Source: Octopus vulgaris
Lineage: Eukaryota
Length of the DNA stretch: 64,000 bases
Reading direction: 5' to 3'
NCBI GenBank assembly: GCA_951406725.2
Contig: OX597822.1
Span: forward strand, 50,654,001-50,718,000
Part shown: positions 11,090 to 23,078 of the stretch, one piece after another
Numbering within the stretch: the stretch's first letter is position 1
Layout: the number at the start of each line of letters is the position of its first letter
Notes under the pieces: model-generated
What the model was told of the DNA's origin: nothing
Databases searched by the model: none
Seen by the model: only the letters and a program-made list of their open reading frames with translations
Made by a program: the position numbers and the translations under genes

Positions 11090-11280
11090 CAAAATAAGCA
11101 ACAAGGCTATCCAGAAGTAATGCAGTACGATCGTACTACATTACCTCTGGATATCCTTGTTGCTTATTTTGATTGTAGTCACCCAATTTTGAATTATATG
11201 GATAATAGCACACTAAATTCTGGTGCCTTTACTTAAGTACCATATTCAACTGAATCTAAATTTTACTGAACTTACCGTAT
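11084..11280 (+). mobile_element. 94-bp spacerless palindrome plus tail (family H2)
   Basis: 11084-11130 is the reverse complement of 11131-11177 with few mismatches, centre GTACGA|TCGTAC. Tail ACTTAAGTACCATATTCA..CTGAATCTAAATTTT shared with 12811-12846. Confidence 0.8.
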
Positions 11281-11351
11281 AGATATGTGTGTATGCATGT
11301 ATATATACGGCAAAAAAAAATGAAGGGGATACAGAAAAGGTATAATATATA

Positions 11352-11547
11352 TATTCTTTTCCTTTGACTTGTTTTAGTCATTTGACTGTGGTCACGTTGA
11401 AGCACCGCCTTCAGTCGAACAAATCGACCTCAAGACAGAGTTATTCTTTGTAAGACTAGTACTTATCATATCGTTCTCTTTTGCCGAAACACACGAACAC
11501 CGTTTGCCAATCGATGGTGGGGGTGACAAACACGGGCAAAAAAATAC

Positions 11548-11638
<91 letters not shown>

Positions 11639-11810
11639 TGTATGTATATATATGATGGGCATTTTTCAGTTTAAATCTACCAAATTAACTGACGACTTTG
11701 TTTGGCCCAAAGCTATAGCAGAAAACACTTACCCAACTTGCCACGCCATGGGACTGAACTTGAAACCATGTGGTTGGGACGCAAGCTTCTAACAACACAA
11801 CTACTCCTAC
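11352..11810 (-). mobile_element. SINE type A
   Basis: Homologous to 7768-8232. Confidence 0.85.
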
Positions 11811-11825
11811 ATATAGAAAAAAAAT

Positions 11826-12095
11826 TGCGCCCTTTTAAAGCCTAGCCAAGCATATGGGCCCTGTTTCCCGATTTCAATGGCTTATGTGTTCCCCAACTGG
11901 ACGAGACGTCAGTCCGTCGCAGCGTTACTCATTTTTGCCAGCTGAGTGGACTGGAGCAACGTGAAATGAAGTGTTTTGCAACGTGAAATGAAGTGTTTTG
12001 CACAAGAAGACAACGCGTCGCCCGGTCCAGAAATCGACACCACCATCTTATGATCATGATGCTGATACACTAACCACTAAGCCACGCATCTCCAT
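11826..12095 (-). mobile_element. SINE type B with internal 22-bp tandem duplication
   Basis: Homologous to 9570-9822. GCAACGTGAAATGAAGTGTTTT occurs twice in tandem. Confidence 0.85.
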
Positions 12096-12418
12096 ACGCC
12101 TACATATACATTTATATATTTGTGAACAATTGTGCATATTCCTGTTTGCAAAGCTGCTAGTATTTAACGGGAATCGTGATCGTTGATGTCTGTTACGTAA
12201 ACACTTTATCCGAGTAAGCTCCAGATTATTTTCTAGCTTGAACTAAACAAGTTTCTTTCCTCAATTTTCCTTGCCATTTTGACTTTTACATATGGAAGAT
12301 GATGAACATATACCCACCGATTTGGCAGCAAATTTAGCTTGGTGATTACAGAAGTGTTGTTTACATCCAAAAGCAGATACATGAGCGTGTGCGCGTGCGT
12401 GATTCTGTGTGTGTCTCA

Positions 12419-12457
<39 letters not shown>

Positions 12458-12553
12458 GTGTGTGTGTGTGTGTGTGCGTATGTATACATATATATATACA
12501 TACATCTATATATATATATACATATATATATATACATATATACATATATATAA

Positions 12554-12624
<71 letters not shown>

Positions 12625-12629
<5 letters not shown>

Positions 12630-12850
12630 AAAAGCATCAGAGATATCCAAGATGCAGTACGATCGTTTCATGCAAGTCCATTTAATTGAGCAATGCAATC
12701 ATTGAATGAATTTAAAAAGCAGAGCAATTTTCAGCTGCAGAATGACAGAATTTTTGAAATGATCGTACTGCATTACCTCTGGATAATACCGTACTAAATT
12801 ATTGGGCCTCAACTTAAGTACCATATTCATCTGAATCTAAATTTTTGCTA
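12625..12850 (+). mobile_element. Fold-back element family H2 with decayed hammerhead
   Basis: TGCAGTACGATCGTTTCA (12653-12670) is inverted to TGAAATGATCGTACTGCA (12755-12772). Stem I TGCAG/CTGCA. (TA)n on both sides. Confidence 0.7.
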
Positions 12851-12859
12851 TATATATAT

Positions 12860-12917
<58 letters not shown>

Positions 12918-13218
12918 TTTGTTTCGTCATTCTCGGTTCCACGTTTCATGAGGATTAACATTATAATGACGGAAAAGGTACATACTTTCTTCTAAAACAT
13001 GCGTAAATGTCAACTAGTTATTTTCAACATACTGCATATTGCGCAATTGTCTAATTTTTTGTCTTTGGTAGTTCTGCGTAGTAGATTTCGCAGTAACATC
13101 GATATAATCGTCCCTGTTCACTCACAATGGACTAGAAGAACACTGGATTAGTACAAACGAGCATCTCCTCAGGGATAACTACTCTGCATATAACTTAGGC
13201 CCCTTACAACAAATATTT

Positions 13219-13284
<66 letters not shown>

Positions 13285-13289
13285 TGTAT

Positions 13290-14224
13290 ATATAAGATAT
13301 TTTTCCGTAATGAGATAAAAAAACAAGGTTGTGTAGATATTAGACAATTTATAGATAGAAAGTCTTACAGCTGTTTCCAGGTTATTTATTAATTATATCC
13401 CTTTATCGGCGACGGTGTGAGAGGATAGTTAATTAATAGTTAATTTAGATAGGATACCAAAATAGAGAGTGAGGTGGAGGAAAGAAAATAGATGTGCGAT
13501 ATTTATGGATATGAAAGGAGTTAGCTGGTAGAAACGCCAGCACGCCAGGCGAAATGCTTCACGGCATTTCGTCTTCGGTTACGTTCTGACTTCAAATTCC
13601 GCCGAGATCAACTTTGCCTTGCATGCTTTCGGTGTCGATAAATTAAGTACCATTTACGCACTGGGGTCAATATAATCGACTTGATCCCTTAGTCTGTCTT
13701 GTTTGTCCCCACTATGTTTAGCCCCTTGTGGGCAATAGAGAAATAAGATATGTATGGATATTGAATTTGTAGATCTATTTTTTAGACAGAATGGTATATA
13801 TGTAAGATCACAATACCAATTCTTACATATATACCATTCTGCCTAAAAAATGGATCAACAAATTCAATATCCCTACATATCTCACTTATTTTTTCTTTTC
13901 TCCACCTCACTCTCTATTTTGTATCCTATTTAAATTTACTATTACTTAATCATCGTCTCACACCGTATCCGATGAAGGGATATAATTAATAAAAATCCTG
14001 GAAACAGCTGTAGGACATATCTATAAATGTTCTATCTGCACAGCATTGGTTTTTTTATCTCATTACGCAAAACATTCTTATATACACACTCTGACATATG
14101 ACCAACGTTGAACCCCATATTCGCCAAGTCACAGGACCTGGAACTTTACTATGATCTGTCTACAGCACTTATTGATGCATTACCCGACACCTTTGGGTCT
14201 CAATGACACCATTACCTATTATAA

Positions 14225-14226
<2 letters not shown>
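13290..14226 (+). mobile_element. Long fold-back PLE-derived element (family H1) with hammerhead in both arms
   Basis: Left arm 13290-13808 (interrupted by a SINE) is inverted to right arm 13821-14085. CCGATGA-AGGGAT..ATCCTG-GAAA-CAGCTG-TA-GGAC at 13969-14016. Confidence 0.8.
13517..13748 (+). mobile_element. SINE type C inserted in a hairpin arm
   Basis: tRNA-like head and CTTTGCCTTGCATGCTTTCGGTGTCGATAAATTAAGTACC block (Deu/Nin-like). Flanked by GATAT(T/G)TATGGATAT direct repeats. Absent from the opposite arm. Confidence 0.85.
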
Positions 14227-14269
<43 letters not shown>

Positions 14270-14275
<6 letters not shown>

Positions 14276-14676
14276 TTATTGTGTTACTTGCTTTAGTCAT
14301 TTGACTACGGCCATGTTGGAGCAACGCCTTTAGTTAAGGAAATCAACCATAAAACTTATTCCTTGTAAGCCAAGTACTTATTCTATCATAGTCTCTTGCC
14401 AAACAGCTAAGTTACACGGACCTAAACGCACTATCATCGGTTGTCAAGCGTTGTTGGGGGGGGGCACAGACATACAAACACACATACACGCACAGACACA
14501 CATATATATATACGACGATTTTCTTTCAGTTTCCGCCTACCAAATCCACACACAAGGCTTTGGTCAGTCCGAGTCTATACTAGAAGAGACATGTCTAAAG
14601 TGCCACGCAGTGGTACTGAAACCGGAACCATGTGCTTGGACAGCAAGCTACTTAACACACGCCCACACCTGCACCT
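14270..14676 (-). mobile_element. SINE type A
   Basis: Homologous to 7768-8232. Confidence 0.85.
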
Positions 14677-14739
14677 ATATATGACGTATGCATAATTTGC
14701 GTATATATATATGTATATATATATATATATATACATATA

Positions 14740-14905
14740 TACGACGGGCTTCTTTCAGTTTCCGTCTACCAAATCCACTCACAACGCTTTGGTCGGCCCG
14801 AGGCTATAGTAGAAGACACTTGCCCAAGGTGCTACGAAGTGGGACTGAACCCGGAACCATGTGGTTGATAAACAAGCTACTTACCACACAGCCACTCTGC
14901 GCCTA
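14740..14905 (-). mobile_element. SINE type A, 5' half only
   Basis: Minus strand GGCTGTGTGGTAAGTAGC...GGTTCAGTCCC...CCTTGGGCAAGTGTCTTC, ending in (TA)n. Confidence 0.9.
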
Positions 14906-14908
14906 TAT

Positions 14909-14941
<33 letters not shown>

Positions 14942-15384
14942 CACACATATATATATATACACACATTCACATAGACGTGTGTGTGTATGCGTGCTTTTTG
15001 TGTGTGTGCATATATATATATATACACATATATATAAATTTAATTCCGGTAATATTATAATTGCTGACTTTATTCTCTTTGTTAATAATTATCTCTCTAT
15101 CTGATTGTCTGTATGTCTCACACATACACATACAAACTCACGAAACCACAAAATGTATGTAATGAACATGGAGAGTTCAAAACAGACATTTGTTAATTTA
15201 TTAACATAATATTGTATTATTATTTTAATATAAATATTAACACTCCCTACAACTGTGTCGATTCAAACTCAAAATTAATAACGAATTTATAAAATTTCAT
15301 ATTTTGGAAATATTTTGATTAAAACTGTCTTGAGGTCAAAGCAAGACAAAACTGACATATTAGAAGCCTGAGTTCCTAAAACAA

Positions 15385-16545
15385 GGTTATATCGTATCAA
15401 GATTAACAGTGCATGACCTTGCTGGTAGGGCCCAGTTAGTATTTTCTTTAGATCGAGTAGTCCATCCTACTCTAAATGTCCCTGTATTATTATTATTATT
15501 ATAATTGTTATTATAATTATTATTGAGTGAGAGAGCAGTTCATGCCATCAAAGTGACACTGGGGTAAAATATACGAAGCCCAATATACCCATCATCACTA
15601 CCCGTCTGATAAGGGTACACCAGGCACATGCATCACAACCATATGTGCGCGACATGGAGATCTCATATCAAGATAAACAGCACATGACCTTGCAGGTGGG
15701 GCCCAGTTAGAAATTTCTTCAGGTTGAGTAGCCCATCCCGCTCAAAAGGTCCCTGAATAAGGGTTGTTTAAGGATGTTGAAAGAACCACCCATGTTTCCA
15801 GAGGTGAATTATTCAAACCCCAAAGAATCCCTCTCAACACATGGCTATGATGCTCCCCCACTACTTCTGCTCGTGATCAGAGATGCACATATCGTCAGCC
15901 ACTAAGAGACATGCTCAACTGGTTATGGTCAAACAACTGACAAGCAAATCTGTGGTATTGAGCGGAATATTTGCTGTAGCCCATCTTTTATACCAAGCCA
16001 AAACAATGTACATGATAACACTTCCAATCGGTTAAGATCAGAAGCCATGAGAGCCACTGCCTGGTACTGCATTAGGGCATTTATAATTATTATTATTATT
16101 ATTGAGTGAGAGAGCAGTTCATGCCATCAAAGTGACACTGGGGTAAAATATACGAAGCCCAATATACCCATCATGACTACCCGTCTGATAAAGGTACACC
16201 AGGCACATGCATCACAACCATATGTGCGCGACATGGTGATCTCATATCAAGATAAACAGCACATGACCTTGCAGGTGAGGCCCAGTTAAAATTTTCTTCA
16301 GGTTGAGTAGCCCATCCCGCTCAAACGGTCCCTGAATAAGGGTTGTTTAAGGATGTTGAAAGAACCACCCATGTTTCCAGAGGTGAACTATTCAAACCCC
16401 AAAGAATCCCTCTCAACACATGGCTATGATGCTCCCCCACTACTTCTGCTCGTGATCAGAGATGCACATATCATCAGCCACTAAGGGACATGCTCAACTG
16501 GTTAAGGTCAAACAACTGACAAGCAAATCTGTGGTATTGAGCAGA

Positions 16546-16547
<2 letters not shown>
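15385..16547 (-). mobile_element. Tandem ~580-bp non-coding elements separated by (TTA)n
   Basis: 15525-16082 and 16104-16547 are near identical; partial diverged copy at 15385-15487; another copy on the opposite strand at 49624-50000. Strand inferred from the adjacent Dong tail. Confidence 0.8.
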
Positions 16548-16628
<81 letters not shown>

Positions 16629-16640
16629 CATTATTATTAT

Positions 16641-17180
16641 TCAGTAGTATATCTTGTATATCGTGCTTTCACTTCACTACCGAGCGCAGCTCTGTGTGCC
16701 TTGGGTATGTGCTGTGATTTGTTGTGATGCGCTGATGGTTATTGTATGGAAAGTGTTCTGCGTAGGATGTTTGCAGTGCCTAGTAGTACAATTTTCTGTA
16801 TGTTATATGTGTTTGTAAGTCCTGCTGTTTTTGTTATGTATTTGTCTGAATATTTTTTTATCACGCCTAATGCACCTACTATGATAGGAATTGTTTCTGT
16901 TTTTAGATTCCACATTCTGGTTACCTCTATTTCCAGGTCTTTGTATTTTGTAAGTTTCTCCATTTCTTTTAGAGACACGTTGTCATCCGCTGGCATTGAT
17001 ACATCAATTAGAAAACATTTTTTTCTTCATGATCTCTGACAGCTATATCTGGTCTGTTGGCCTTAATTTCTCTATCTGTGTGTATTGGCATATCCCAGAG
17101 TATGGTTGCTTTCTCATTTTCTGTGACCTTTTCTGGTGTGTGCCTATACCATCTTTTTTCTGTTGTTATTCCATAATGTT
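16641..17180 (-). mobile_element. R4/Dong-clade non-LTR retrotransposon, 3' fragment
   Basis: Restriction-like endonuclease: RPDI..CFLIDVSMP..KEMEKLTKYKDL..PIIVGALG..QKIVLLGTANILRR. Embedded in (TAA)n, the established Dong target. Confidence 0.9.
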
Positions 17181-17210
17181 CTTTTTTCTGTTGTTATTCC
17201 ATAATGTTTA

Positions 17211-17283
<73 letters not shown>

Positions 17284-17734
17284 CATTATTATTATTATCA
17301 TCATTATTATCATTGCTGTTGTTGTTGTTGTTGTTGTTCATGTTGTTTTCGTTGTTATTATTATTATTATTATAATTATTATTATTGTCATTATTGCTAT
17401 TTTCGTTGCTGTTGTTGCTATTGCTGCTGCTGTTGATTTTATTTATTCCATACTACTTTGATACCATATCTTCATGGGTGAACATGGAAACAATTATCCC
17501 GAAACCGTTAGGTCTAATGATACGGTTGTCTGCAAGAAGATGGTATGTGTTCGCTCTGATAGACAGATGGAGGAAGCTCTTCGTGGGAGTTAAAACGTTA
17601 AAACAGTTATATTGATGCGGCAACATACATTAACTCTCAGTATAGTTACTACTTTTATCTGTTATACAGATCTCCTAACCCACTACTTTGCTTATATGCC
17701 TTGTGAGTTGAACCCCTTCGTATATGTATATATA

Positions 17735-18998
17735 TTGGGTTGGCCAAACAGTCCATTCGTGTTTTTTTAGCATCAGCTGTCCGGTCTTCTAATCACTGTT
17801 ACGATATTCTTTTTCTTTAGAAACTGTATTCGGTATAACGACCAAGGCTGCATCAATGTGTAACAAGCCTCAAAGGAGAGAGTTGCAACTTGTTTGATTT
17901 CTTTTGAGCCTAGACATGGAAGACCGGGCGGAGCACTATCGGCATCTTATGCTTTTTTACTTCAGAAAAGGAAACTTGCCGAATGTTATGCAATTTGTAT
18001 GGAGAGAATGCTGTTTCAGAACGGGTGTGCCAGAAATGGTTTGCTCGATTTCGATCAGGGAATTTTTCAGTAAGAAATGAACCTCGCTCTGGCCGGCGAA
18101 AGGAAACTGACATCGACCAACTGAGGGCTGAAGTCAAACAAGACTGCAGTTTTACAACCAGACAAATCGCAGATATTCTTAACATATCCAAACCAAGTGT
18201 GGAAAATGAATTGCATAAACTCGGTTACGTTTCTAAACTTGTTGTTTGGGTTCCCGATTAATTAACAGAAGCAAATTCTGTCCAGAGGGTTTCCATTTGC
18301 GATTCATTATTGAAAAGGAAAAACAACGAACGTTGTTTGAGAAGAATTGTTACTGGAGATGAAAAGTGAGTAGTTTAGAATAATGTGACACGAAGAAGAT
18401 CATGAAAAGAGCTGGAGATTCTCCAAAACGAACACCCAAAGCAAGTCTTCACCCAAAGAAAGTTCTGTTATCGATATGGTGGGATTGGAAGGGTGTTATC
18501 TTTTCTGAACTTCTTCCCTTGAATAAAACCATAAATTCAGATTTATTTGGAACAACTGGATAAATTAAACAAAGCTCTTCATCAAAAACGGCCAGCACTG
18601 GTGAATCGCAAAGGCGTTGCTTTCCATCCATGACAACGCAAGGCCACACACTGCTTTGATTACTCGTCAGAAGTTGCTGCAGCTTGAGTGGGAAGTTTTG
18701 CCTCACCCACCATACTCTCCAGATCTGGCCCCCTCAGATTTCCATCTGTTCCGGTCACTGCAAAATTCATTGAAAGGAAACAATTTAAATTCTGATGAAG
18801 ACGTGAAAACATCCTTGGAAACATTTTTGATAATAAAGAACCTAAATACTTCGAACAAGGGATTAAAGATCTACCCAAGAGATGGCGAAGATTTATAGAC
18901 GCAAATGGTAACTATTGTATTGATTAAATAATTTTTTCACAATTGTTTACTTTGTTTTGATTTTCACCTAAAAAAAAACAACGGACTTTTTGTCCAAC

Positions 18999-19002
<4 letters not shown>
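17735..19002 (+). mobile_element. Full-length mariner transposon, mellifera-subfamily-like
   Basis: TIRs TTGGGTTGGCCAAA / TTTGTCCAACCCAA, TA TSD, 1268 bp. Confidence 0.95.
17916..18927 (+). pseudogene. Mariner D,D34D transposase with stops and frameshifts
   Basis: MEDRAEHYRHLMLFYFRKG, WVPD, IVTGDEK, HDNARPH, YSPDLAPSDFHLF. Confidence 0.95.
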
Positions 19003-19087
<85 letters not shown>

Positions 19088-19139
19088 TGTCTGTCTGTGT
19101 TTCTTTTGTGTGTGCGTGTGTGTGTGTGTGTGTTCAAGG

Positions 19140-19223
19140 TCAAACTGTACCAAGCAATTTTACTCTACGTACTTTAGCCTTGTTACTGTAGAAACAGTCC
19201 GGATACTTATTGATTAGACCTCG
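19140..19223 (-). mobile_element. Solitary mariner-like end
   Basis: Minus strand TA-CGAGGTCTAATCAATAAGTATCCGGACT resembles mariner TIRs. No partner end seen. Confidence 0.5.
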
Positions 19224-20399
19224 TACACAGTAAACATATAACATATAATAATTTAACTTCATGATACTATTTGCGATACTGGTATGTACACTCAGTTCTC
19301 TTGCACAAGAATGGACTATGTTAAATAACGTGTACATTCTAAAAGGTAGAGGAAACAATCATAAAATAAAGCACGAATGTAGCTTAGGGCAAAGAAATAT
19401 TCACAAAATTAGGAATAATAAAAAAAAACAAATAGAATACGTCCTACATCACAATAACTGCACTGGTATCATAAGTGAATTGAATTATATAAGCATGTTA
19501 AAAGTCAAGTTAATAAAGTTTTTTTTTATTGGTTTTCAGCTATTGTACATAAACAGTAATCACGAAGAACTCAAGCATACATACACACACACACGCATGC
19601 ACAAGCACACCCATACACCGATAAACAAATTCTGGAACTGCGTATACACGATATTTTATGAAACACGCTGGAATTAAATTTGTACCTATATGAATGATTC
19701 GTAGTTAGAGGTGGATTTGATTTAAATATACAAAATGAAGATTCTTAAGAAAATCCAAATTCGATTTTCAGTTCATTTTAAGGTCAAGCCATGTTTAATA
19801 AATTTCTTTTTCATTACATTTCATATCTTCTTAGACCTTTAACGAAGAGAGTTTCAAGTATATGAAAACTTGTCATTGCTACAGAGACGCTACCGTGACT
19901 TAATGATACAAAGCAAAGTTCAAATGTGTTAGCCTAATTGAAGCATGAAGAAACATTTTTAAATAGAAAGTGAAATATTTAAATATTTTCTTGAATATTT
20001 ACTCACATGTGAAACCGCGGGTATGTTATCACTTGGTTTATCATTTCATTTGCAAAAGTCATGATGAGCTCAGAATAAACTCATTTTTTGAACCACCTCA
20101 ATTTCATTTTACAGGAAATCGCCATGTCATTTGTAAAAGGATTGATAATTTTTCGACTTCTCATAATTGCATACTTTCTGTAAAAAAAGTCATTAGAATA
20201 GCGATATACGTTAGCAAACAGTCTTCAAACAGTATGCTTCGCTGGAGAGATTGGTTACGCTACGTTGAGTGCAGTATGTGAAAAGAAGATTTTCACATTT
20301 CCATGACCCCTCTAAAATAAAAGAATAATGTTGGATCCCACACCCCACAAGAATTTTCCCAGGGCCCATCGGTTTAAATAAACTTAAATACAGACTTGT

Positions 20400-21100
20400 T
20401 TTTTCGTAATGTCTTGCAAACAACTTGTATATGCAAGTGCTACAAGTCGAGAACACCGCATATCGGAAGCCAGCAAGTGTATAGGGTCATCAGGAGAGAT
20501 AGCGCGCCGTTTCGGGTCCTACCTCTCGACGGCGTCATTGCGCACCGGCCCCCTCACTGATATGAGACCCCACTTACTAGATCAACTGGTTATTAAATAT
20601 AGCTCAATATTTCGCTAGCCATCGTTCATCGCATCTTTTTAAACGAATCCAGTGGCTAGCCTTCTACACTGTAGTTTGGATATCGGTCATGGTCGTATTT
20701 ATCTTACGCTGAGTTAGGACTAACGATAGCAACAGTCGTCTCTCAATGTGTCTGGCAAACACTCTATATCGGCTTCGATTGGCATATGCTCCACTTTCCA
20801 GCCTGCGTCTTCACATTCCTGGAGAAGGGGTACATAACGGTCAAACTTCCGAGCCCGAGCGGCGTCCATGTTATCGTTATGAGAACATTTAATTCGACTA
20901 GATTTGCAGCTTTCTTTCCGTTTTTGTTTTCGTACTTGGGATGGGAAAGAGTCCCTGGCACCCTGGTAAATCTGCAGTCACCTCCCAATAGCCATTCCAC
21001 TTTTCATCACACACAGGGCGTTTCTTCTTGTTCCTCTTGAAACGGCTCCGCTGTCCTGAGCGCAGTACAGTAAGGAAATCTCTAGATGTTACTTTCAACA
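20400..21100 (-). mobile_element. Possible decayed L1/Tx1-type AP-endonuclease fragment
   Basis: GC-richer island with weak motifs WLLGGD, (D)RVFAR and DH in the expected order across frameshifts. Confidence 0.3.
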
Positions 21101-21698
21101 GCATTTTTTCTCAGTGTTGTTGAGATAAATTTGGTTCTTTATAGCATTGAAGATAACCTTAAGGACCAGGTTCAGTTGGCTGTTTTATAATTTAACTTTC
21201 AGGTTCAGTCTCTGTTTTCCGTTTTACATAAGCTTTCGCATTATGTGCCTGCTCCAACTTTTCACATAACTTTACTCATTAAAATTTATTAAATCTTCCG
21301 TCGTTGAATATTTTGTTTTCGTTATGATGTTGTCATCAATCGTCGTAATGTTGTCATCACATAAAATGCCAACTTTCAAATTCCGTTTTCTGATTAGGTA
21401 AAAATGATCAAACTTTAAATCTCTAACGTTTTTCTGAAACAATTAATTAATAACATGAGTTTCAGCATGAAAAATTACATCAATATATCAAGCTTGAATT
21501 TTTAAAAGTAATTTTAAAATTTAAAAGATGAACCCAGGAGAGAGGAACCATGAATTTTAAAACTGATGGGCAATTCGACTTCTAAATATCTTAACGATAT
21601 CTACAGTGTACGAATATCCCTGAGAATGCACGCAGATTTATCGAAGATTCTGTATTACTTATCGGACCGCATGAGTACACATACTATCATGTTTAGTA

Positions 21699-21900
21699 AG
21701 GTGGTGAGCAGGTAGAATCGTTAGAACATCAGCAAAAATGGTTAGTGGCATTTCATCCGTTTTTACATTCTGACTTTGCCTTTCATCCTTAATGGGTCAA
21801 TAAAATAAACACCACCCGAGCACTTAGGTCGATGTAACCGATTAGCCGCCTCTACCTAAATTGCTGGTCTTGCGCCAAGATTTGAACCCAATATTATTAT
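21699..21900 (+). mobile_element. SINE type C, degenerate
   Basis: GGTGGTGAGCAGGTAGAATCGTTAG head and CTTTGCCTTTCATCCTT block. Confidence 0.75.
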
Positions 21901-22919
21901 GTTTAGTCCAGGAAACAGATTATTCAACAATAAACTCTAAACACACTCAAACACACACACAAAATGTTAGAAATATTTATTGTAATACACTTTATAAAAT
22001 TTATATAAAGTAACATGAACAATCGAACAAAACATATATATATACATGTTAACCTAACATTAGCAGCTTAAACATTTCTGTGAAATGAGTTGAAACATAA
22101 GTTAAAATGGCAGTTATTTTAGAATGTCAAATTAGATTTGGTTCTGTTGCTTTATGATTTCGGTTCAAATTCTCCGCAGGTTCACCTGTTCGTTCACCCA
22201 ACGGAGGTCAATAAAATTTTTATCACTAAATATAATAGATCTTGACGTCTTGTCTACTTTACTGCACAGGCCTTTAATCTTCGGTGCACGGCAGTTTCGT
22301 GACAGTTTCATTAAGGCATTCCCAGCTTCTTTATCCTTCTGTTTTGTTATTCCCAATGTTTTATCCACTAATCAAGTGTAAAAGAACGTCATCATGTTAT
22401 CATAAATCAGCGAATATCATGTGTACAGCTCATTTAACAGACTCAAAAGTATAAACTCTTCATTGTTGACACCCTCTACCTACATACAATTTATTTAGAG
22501 ACAATTGTGTCTAAACATTCAGCAGAATGGAGAATGACATCAAAAACTGCGCGATTTTCTCAAAGCGAAGCCTATAATTAACCCTTTCTTGCGAGAGGTC
22601 AGACGCCATAGAGCTATATTAATTTTAGTAGCAATTTTCTCTGCTGCACATGTGGCCCCCTTCGTCTATGAAACTTTCGATGGATATAATTATATTCTGA
22701 AATATGAACTACACTGAATTTTAAATCTTAATTTCTCCTTTGTTCTTGTCGTGAATAAATTTACTATACATAATATCAATGGGAGTAGTTTTCAACTTAT
22801 AAAACATTGCACCATGTATTAATTTATATTTTCTGAGATTACATAGCAAACTCAATGCCAGTGCAACGAAAATATTTTCATCGTAATATTTATCTCGAAA
22901 TCTATGGACAAACTGTTTA

Positions 22920-23078
22920 ACGACATTTCGTCCGTCTTTACGCTCTGAATACAAATACCGCCGGAGGCAACTTTACCTTTCATCATTTCGAGGTCGATAA
23001 AATGAGTACCATTTGAGCACTAGAATTGATTTTACCCGCTTCTTCAAATTTGCTGGTACTGTGCCATAATTTGAAACT
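22920..23078 (+). mobile_element. SINE type C, 5'-truncated
   Basis: CTTTCATCATTTCGAGGTCGATAAAATGAGTACCA block. Confidence 0.75.

Noticed and set aside
15680-15760. HDV-like ribozyme in the 580-bp element (GACCTT/AAGGTC stem)
   Set aside because: I could not identify P1.1 GG, P2 or J4/2.
20114-20281. Strong acceptor followed by VIC..STSHNCILS, a possible second neprilysin exon
   Set aside because: The first Cys of C-x4-C and the DPC..F...CG motif are missing.
21159-21560. Possible TTAA-flanked DNA transposon
   Set aside because: Terminal inverted similarity is too weak to support a call.
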